From the NCBI GenBank assembly GCA_902384795.1, contig CABMDC010000004.1:68725-132724 (forward strand): a stretch of 64,000 nt of DNA, in the 5' to 3' direction. The notes under the pieces were generated by a model. It did no database searches, had not been told where the DNA came from, and was given only the letters and a program-made list of their open reading frames with translations. The position numbers were made by a program, and so were the translations under genes. This document shows positions 61,307 to 64,000 of the stretch, piece by piece (positions within the stretch are counted from its first letter, which is position 1; every line of letters begins with the position of its first letter). Source of the stretch: Candidatus Gugararchaeum adminiculabundum. Lineage in GTDB: Archaea; Micrarchaeota; Micrarchaeia; Burarchaeales; Gugararchaeaceae.

Positions 61307-62010
61307 GGCGCGATGGGCGGAAACTCCTGGTCGTCGCTTTCCTCAAGATTGTATTTTGACCTCTTGGGCTTAGGTTTGCTTTTCACTTTCAACACGGCAA
61401 AAAAACTGTAGTTCCACGGGGTCGGAACGAGCGTCCCGCCCTGTCGGTCGACCCGATCGTGGTATTTTGCCCTGAATCTTAATATGAAATCTGAATTGAA
61501 CTGCTCTGTCCCCAACTTTGCGACATCCCTGTCCAAATGATAAAAACCATAACCTGAACCGACCTGGATGTAATGTGCGTCCTTTTCCCCATAGTATTTC
61601 CAGAGGGATTCCGCCTTCACAATGCATGTACGGTCTTCGAACGCCTTCTGGTCAATCTCCGCATCCTTGTAGGTTATCCTTGTTTTTTCCTTGCTGTATC
61701 TGCGCGGGACAATGTTCTTGTTTCGGACGCGTTGGAGCACCTTAAGAAGGGAGTATAAACGAGTGGTGTCGTCGTTCTCCGACCAGGTCCAGCCTTCCTT
61801 TTTTGACCAGTTGAATTTTTTCTGCCCGTAGTCCGCAGACAAACCGTTCTTGACCTCAAGGTTATAGGGTTTGCCCAGGTGGCAGAAAACCGCATCGACT
61901 CCCCCAGCCATGCCTTCCTTCACTGTTCCAGGAAAAAGCAGACCTGAGCTTTCCAGGATTTCAAAAATTTTATCCTCGTATGTGTGACCCTTGTTCTTTC
62001 CTAACACCAT
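61303..62010 (-). CDS. Putative type II restriction endonuclease (PD-(D/E)XK)
   Basis: G..YE..I, VDAVF..LEVK....DYGQ; convergent with the C5 MTase and downstream of vsr. Confidence 0.7.
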   Translation of the reverse strand: MVLGKNKGHTYEDKIFEILESSGLLFPGTVKEGMAGGVDAVFCHLGKPYNLEVKNGLSADYGQKKFNWSKKEGWTWSENDDTTRLYSLLKVLQRVRNKNIVPRRYSKEKTRITYKDAEIDQKAFEDRTCIVKAESLWKYYGEKDAHYIQVGSGYGFYHLDRDVAKLGTEQFNSDFILRFRAKYHDRVDRQGGTLVPTPWNYSFFAVLKVKSKPKPKRSKYNLEESDDQEFPPIAP

Positions 62011-62413
62011 CCATATCACCAAGAAATTTTCTGATTCTGCCCAAAACCCGGATCTTCTCATTGCGTAGTTCGTGCTCCCAGATCCTGACTACCGTCCAGC
62101 CCTTCTTTTTCAACAGCGCTGTCTCCCGCTTGTCCCTTTGAGCGTTACCATTTATCTTTCTTTTCCAAAAGGCGGTATTACTCCGGGGCATTCTGAAGTG
62201 TTTTGGACATTTGTGCCAGAAACAGCCATCCATGAAAAGCGCGACACGTTCCTTTGGAAAGGCAATGTCGATCATCTGTTTCCCGTAGTGGAGACGATAA
62301 CGATGTCCACAACCCCTGAGAATTTTCCTGAGTGCGACCTCCGGAGAAGTGTTCTTTCCGCGCACCCTGGACATTATGTAGCTCCGTTTTCTTTTGGAGA
62401 ATATGTCCGCCAT
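61970..62413 (-). CDS. vsr: Very short patch repair endonuclease
   Basis: MADIFSKRKRSYIMSRVRGKNTSPE, DIAF, FMDGCFWH, GWTVVRIWEH. Confidence 0.93.
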   Translation of the reverse strand: MADIFSKRKRSYIMSRVRGKNTSPEVALRKILRGCGHRYRLHYGKQMIDIAFPKERVALFMDGCFWHKCPKHFRMPRSNTAFWKRKINGNAQRDKRETALLKKKGWTVVRIWEHELRNEKIRVLGRIRKFLGDMDGVRKEQGSHIRG

Positions 62414-62538
62414 GCGTTTCTTATCCCATAGATTGTTTAAAAGAGACGCGGCTGTTTCCGTCAACAGCATTTATGCACTTAAACGATCGGATTTAAGACT
62501 TAAGAAGGCTAACACTCAAATCGAAAACACGTGATCCC

Positions 62539-63897
62539 ATGGTTTCCCTAACCTTCTACGGCGGCGCGAACGAAATAGGCGGAAACAAGATACTCCTAGA
62601 GGACAAAGAAGCAAGAATCTATTTGGACTTCGGCCAGAGCTTTGACTTCGGCGAGGACTATTTCCTGGACTATCTCCAGCCGAGGTCAGCTCATGGATTA
62701 GAGGTATATTTTGAATTTAATTTGATTCCAAAAATTCCAAGGCTTTACAGCAAAACCATGCTTGAGCGAACAGGCCTTAAGTACGAAAAACCTGACATTG
62801 ACGCGGTTTTCATCTCCCACTCCCATTCAGACCACGTGAACCATATCTCATTCCTAGACGAGTCAATCCCGGTTTACATGGGGCACGGAACGCACCAGAT
62901 TCTTGAAACCTATCACAAGCTTTACCCCCAGTTCTGCGACATTGGGGAACACATGCAACTTAATTTCTTCAAGTTAGGGGACAAAATCAAGGTAAAGCAC
63001 CTGATAATTGAACCGATTCACGTGGAGCATTCCATACCAGGGGCGTACGGATTCATCATTCACACAAGCAAAGGTCCGATGATATATACAGGGGATTTCA
63101 GACTGCATGGCCCGAAAAGCGCCATGACGCAGGAGTTCATCAAAAAGGCGGCAGAAAGCAAGCCCTATGCCATGCTCATAGAAGGAACCAGGATGGGAAG
63201 CGACCAGGAGCATAATTACACTGAAGCCGAAGTCGAGGGCGAAGTCAACGGCATAATCAAGGAGTCAAAAGGCATTGTTTTTGGCTACTTTTCCATGTCA
63301 AATATCGACCGTTTCATGTCTTTTTACCAGGCAACCTTGAAAAACGGGAGAAAACTGGTCATAGACACCAAGTTTGCGTACATCCTTGACTGCATGAAGG
63401 ATAAGATTCCGGCACTGCCTGACGTGATGACAGACAAGGATATACTGGTGTATTTCAAGCTTGCCAAAAGCGGAAAGTATGATGAAAAAGACTACTTTGT
63501 CTATGAGCGCAAGTTCATGCCAAAGATGATAACCTACGATGAAATAACCAAAAATCAGAAGAAATTCGCGATGCACATGGCTTTCAACAAGCTGATGGAA
63601 CTCGTTTATCTTCAACCAAAGGGCGCTGATTACATTTACTCTTCGTCTGAGCACTTCCTTGAAGGGGAGGAAAACGAGGCGGAAAGAACTGTGCTTGAGA
63701 ACTGGATGAAGCACTTTGGAGTCGCTTTCCATAAGGTGCACTGCTCAGGCCATGCAAGCAAACAGGATCTCATAGAGACAATAGAAAAAATCAAACCAAC
63801 GCTCTTGATACCGATTCATACGCAAAATCCGCATGATTTTGAGAAACTTCATCCGAACGTAGTTCTGCCTGAGAATGGAAAGACGATTGAAATCTAA
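62539..63897 (+). CDS. Metallo-beta-lactamase/beta-CASP exonuclease (RNase J-like)
   Basis: GGANEIGGN, SHSHSDH, VEHSIPG, YTGDFRLHG, IEGT, HCSGH, IPIHT. Confidence 0.9.
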   Translation: MVSLTFYGGANEIGGNKILLEDKEARIYLDFGQSFDFGEDYFLDYLQPRSAHGLEVYFEFNLIPKIPRLYSKTMLERTGLKYEKPDIDAVFISHSHSDHVNHISFLDESIPVYMGHGTHQILETYHKLYPQFCDIGEHMQLNFFKLGDKIKVKHLIIEPIHVEHSIPGAYGFIIHTSKGPMIYTGDFRLHGPKSAMTQEFIKKAAESKPYAMLIEGTRMGSDQEHNYTEAEVEGEVNGIIKESKGIVFGYFSMSNIDRFMSFYQATLKNGRKLVIDTKFAYILDCMKDKIPALPDVMTDKDILVYFKLAKSGKYDEKDYFVYERKFMPKMITYDEITKNQKKFAMHMAFNKLMELVYLQPKGADYIYSSSEHFLEGEENEAERTVLENWMKHFGVAFHKVHCSGHASKQDLIETIEKIKPTLLIPIHTQNPHDFEKLHPNVVLPENGKTIEI

Positions 63898-64000
63898 ACT
63901 AATTCCAGCAATTCCTCTATCCTGTTTAATTCGTAATCCGGCTTTATTCCGGGCATTGGCGGCCATTTTATCTCCTTATCCTCTCCCCACTTGGCCAAAG

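Overview
Archaeal chromosomal DNA: TATA/BRE promoters, oligo-T terminators, tRNAs without CCA, an intron-containing tRNA, an ATP-dependent ligase, TrmB and TrpB2. It is most consistent with a DPANN lineage, probably Micrarchaeota-like (inference from gene content, no database search). Housekeeping content: thpR, DsbA, lig, two tandem FtsZ2-type genes, ZIP, IMPase, an ABC exporter, nadM, trpB2, a classical lower mevalonate pathway (mvk, mvaD, ERG8-like PMK), a guaB-family gene and three tRNAs. Surface genes: two giant paralogous beta-helix/cadherin-like genes, one a 12.6-kb frame with a GTT/ATA start and one in-frame TAA, plus three paralogous lipoproteins, two of which appear fused to pilin-like domains. 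The right end is a defence hotspot. Integrase-free gene cassettes are stacked behind guaB, and the first two are each closed by a duplicate of the guaB 3' end. They carry (1) two small paralogous proteins plus a caspase/gingipain-fold His-Cys protease, the best candidate for an undescribed system, and (2) a wHTH-DUF488 + dual-OB-like pair. These are followed by a Schlafen-AlbA/HATPase gene and a C5-MTase/REase/Vsr locus. Two unexplained structured non-coding elements (42341-42470, 44705-44863) and a 130-nt multi-hairpin tRNA intron also stand out. All family assignments come from motif recognition by eye and need HMM or structure confirmation.
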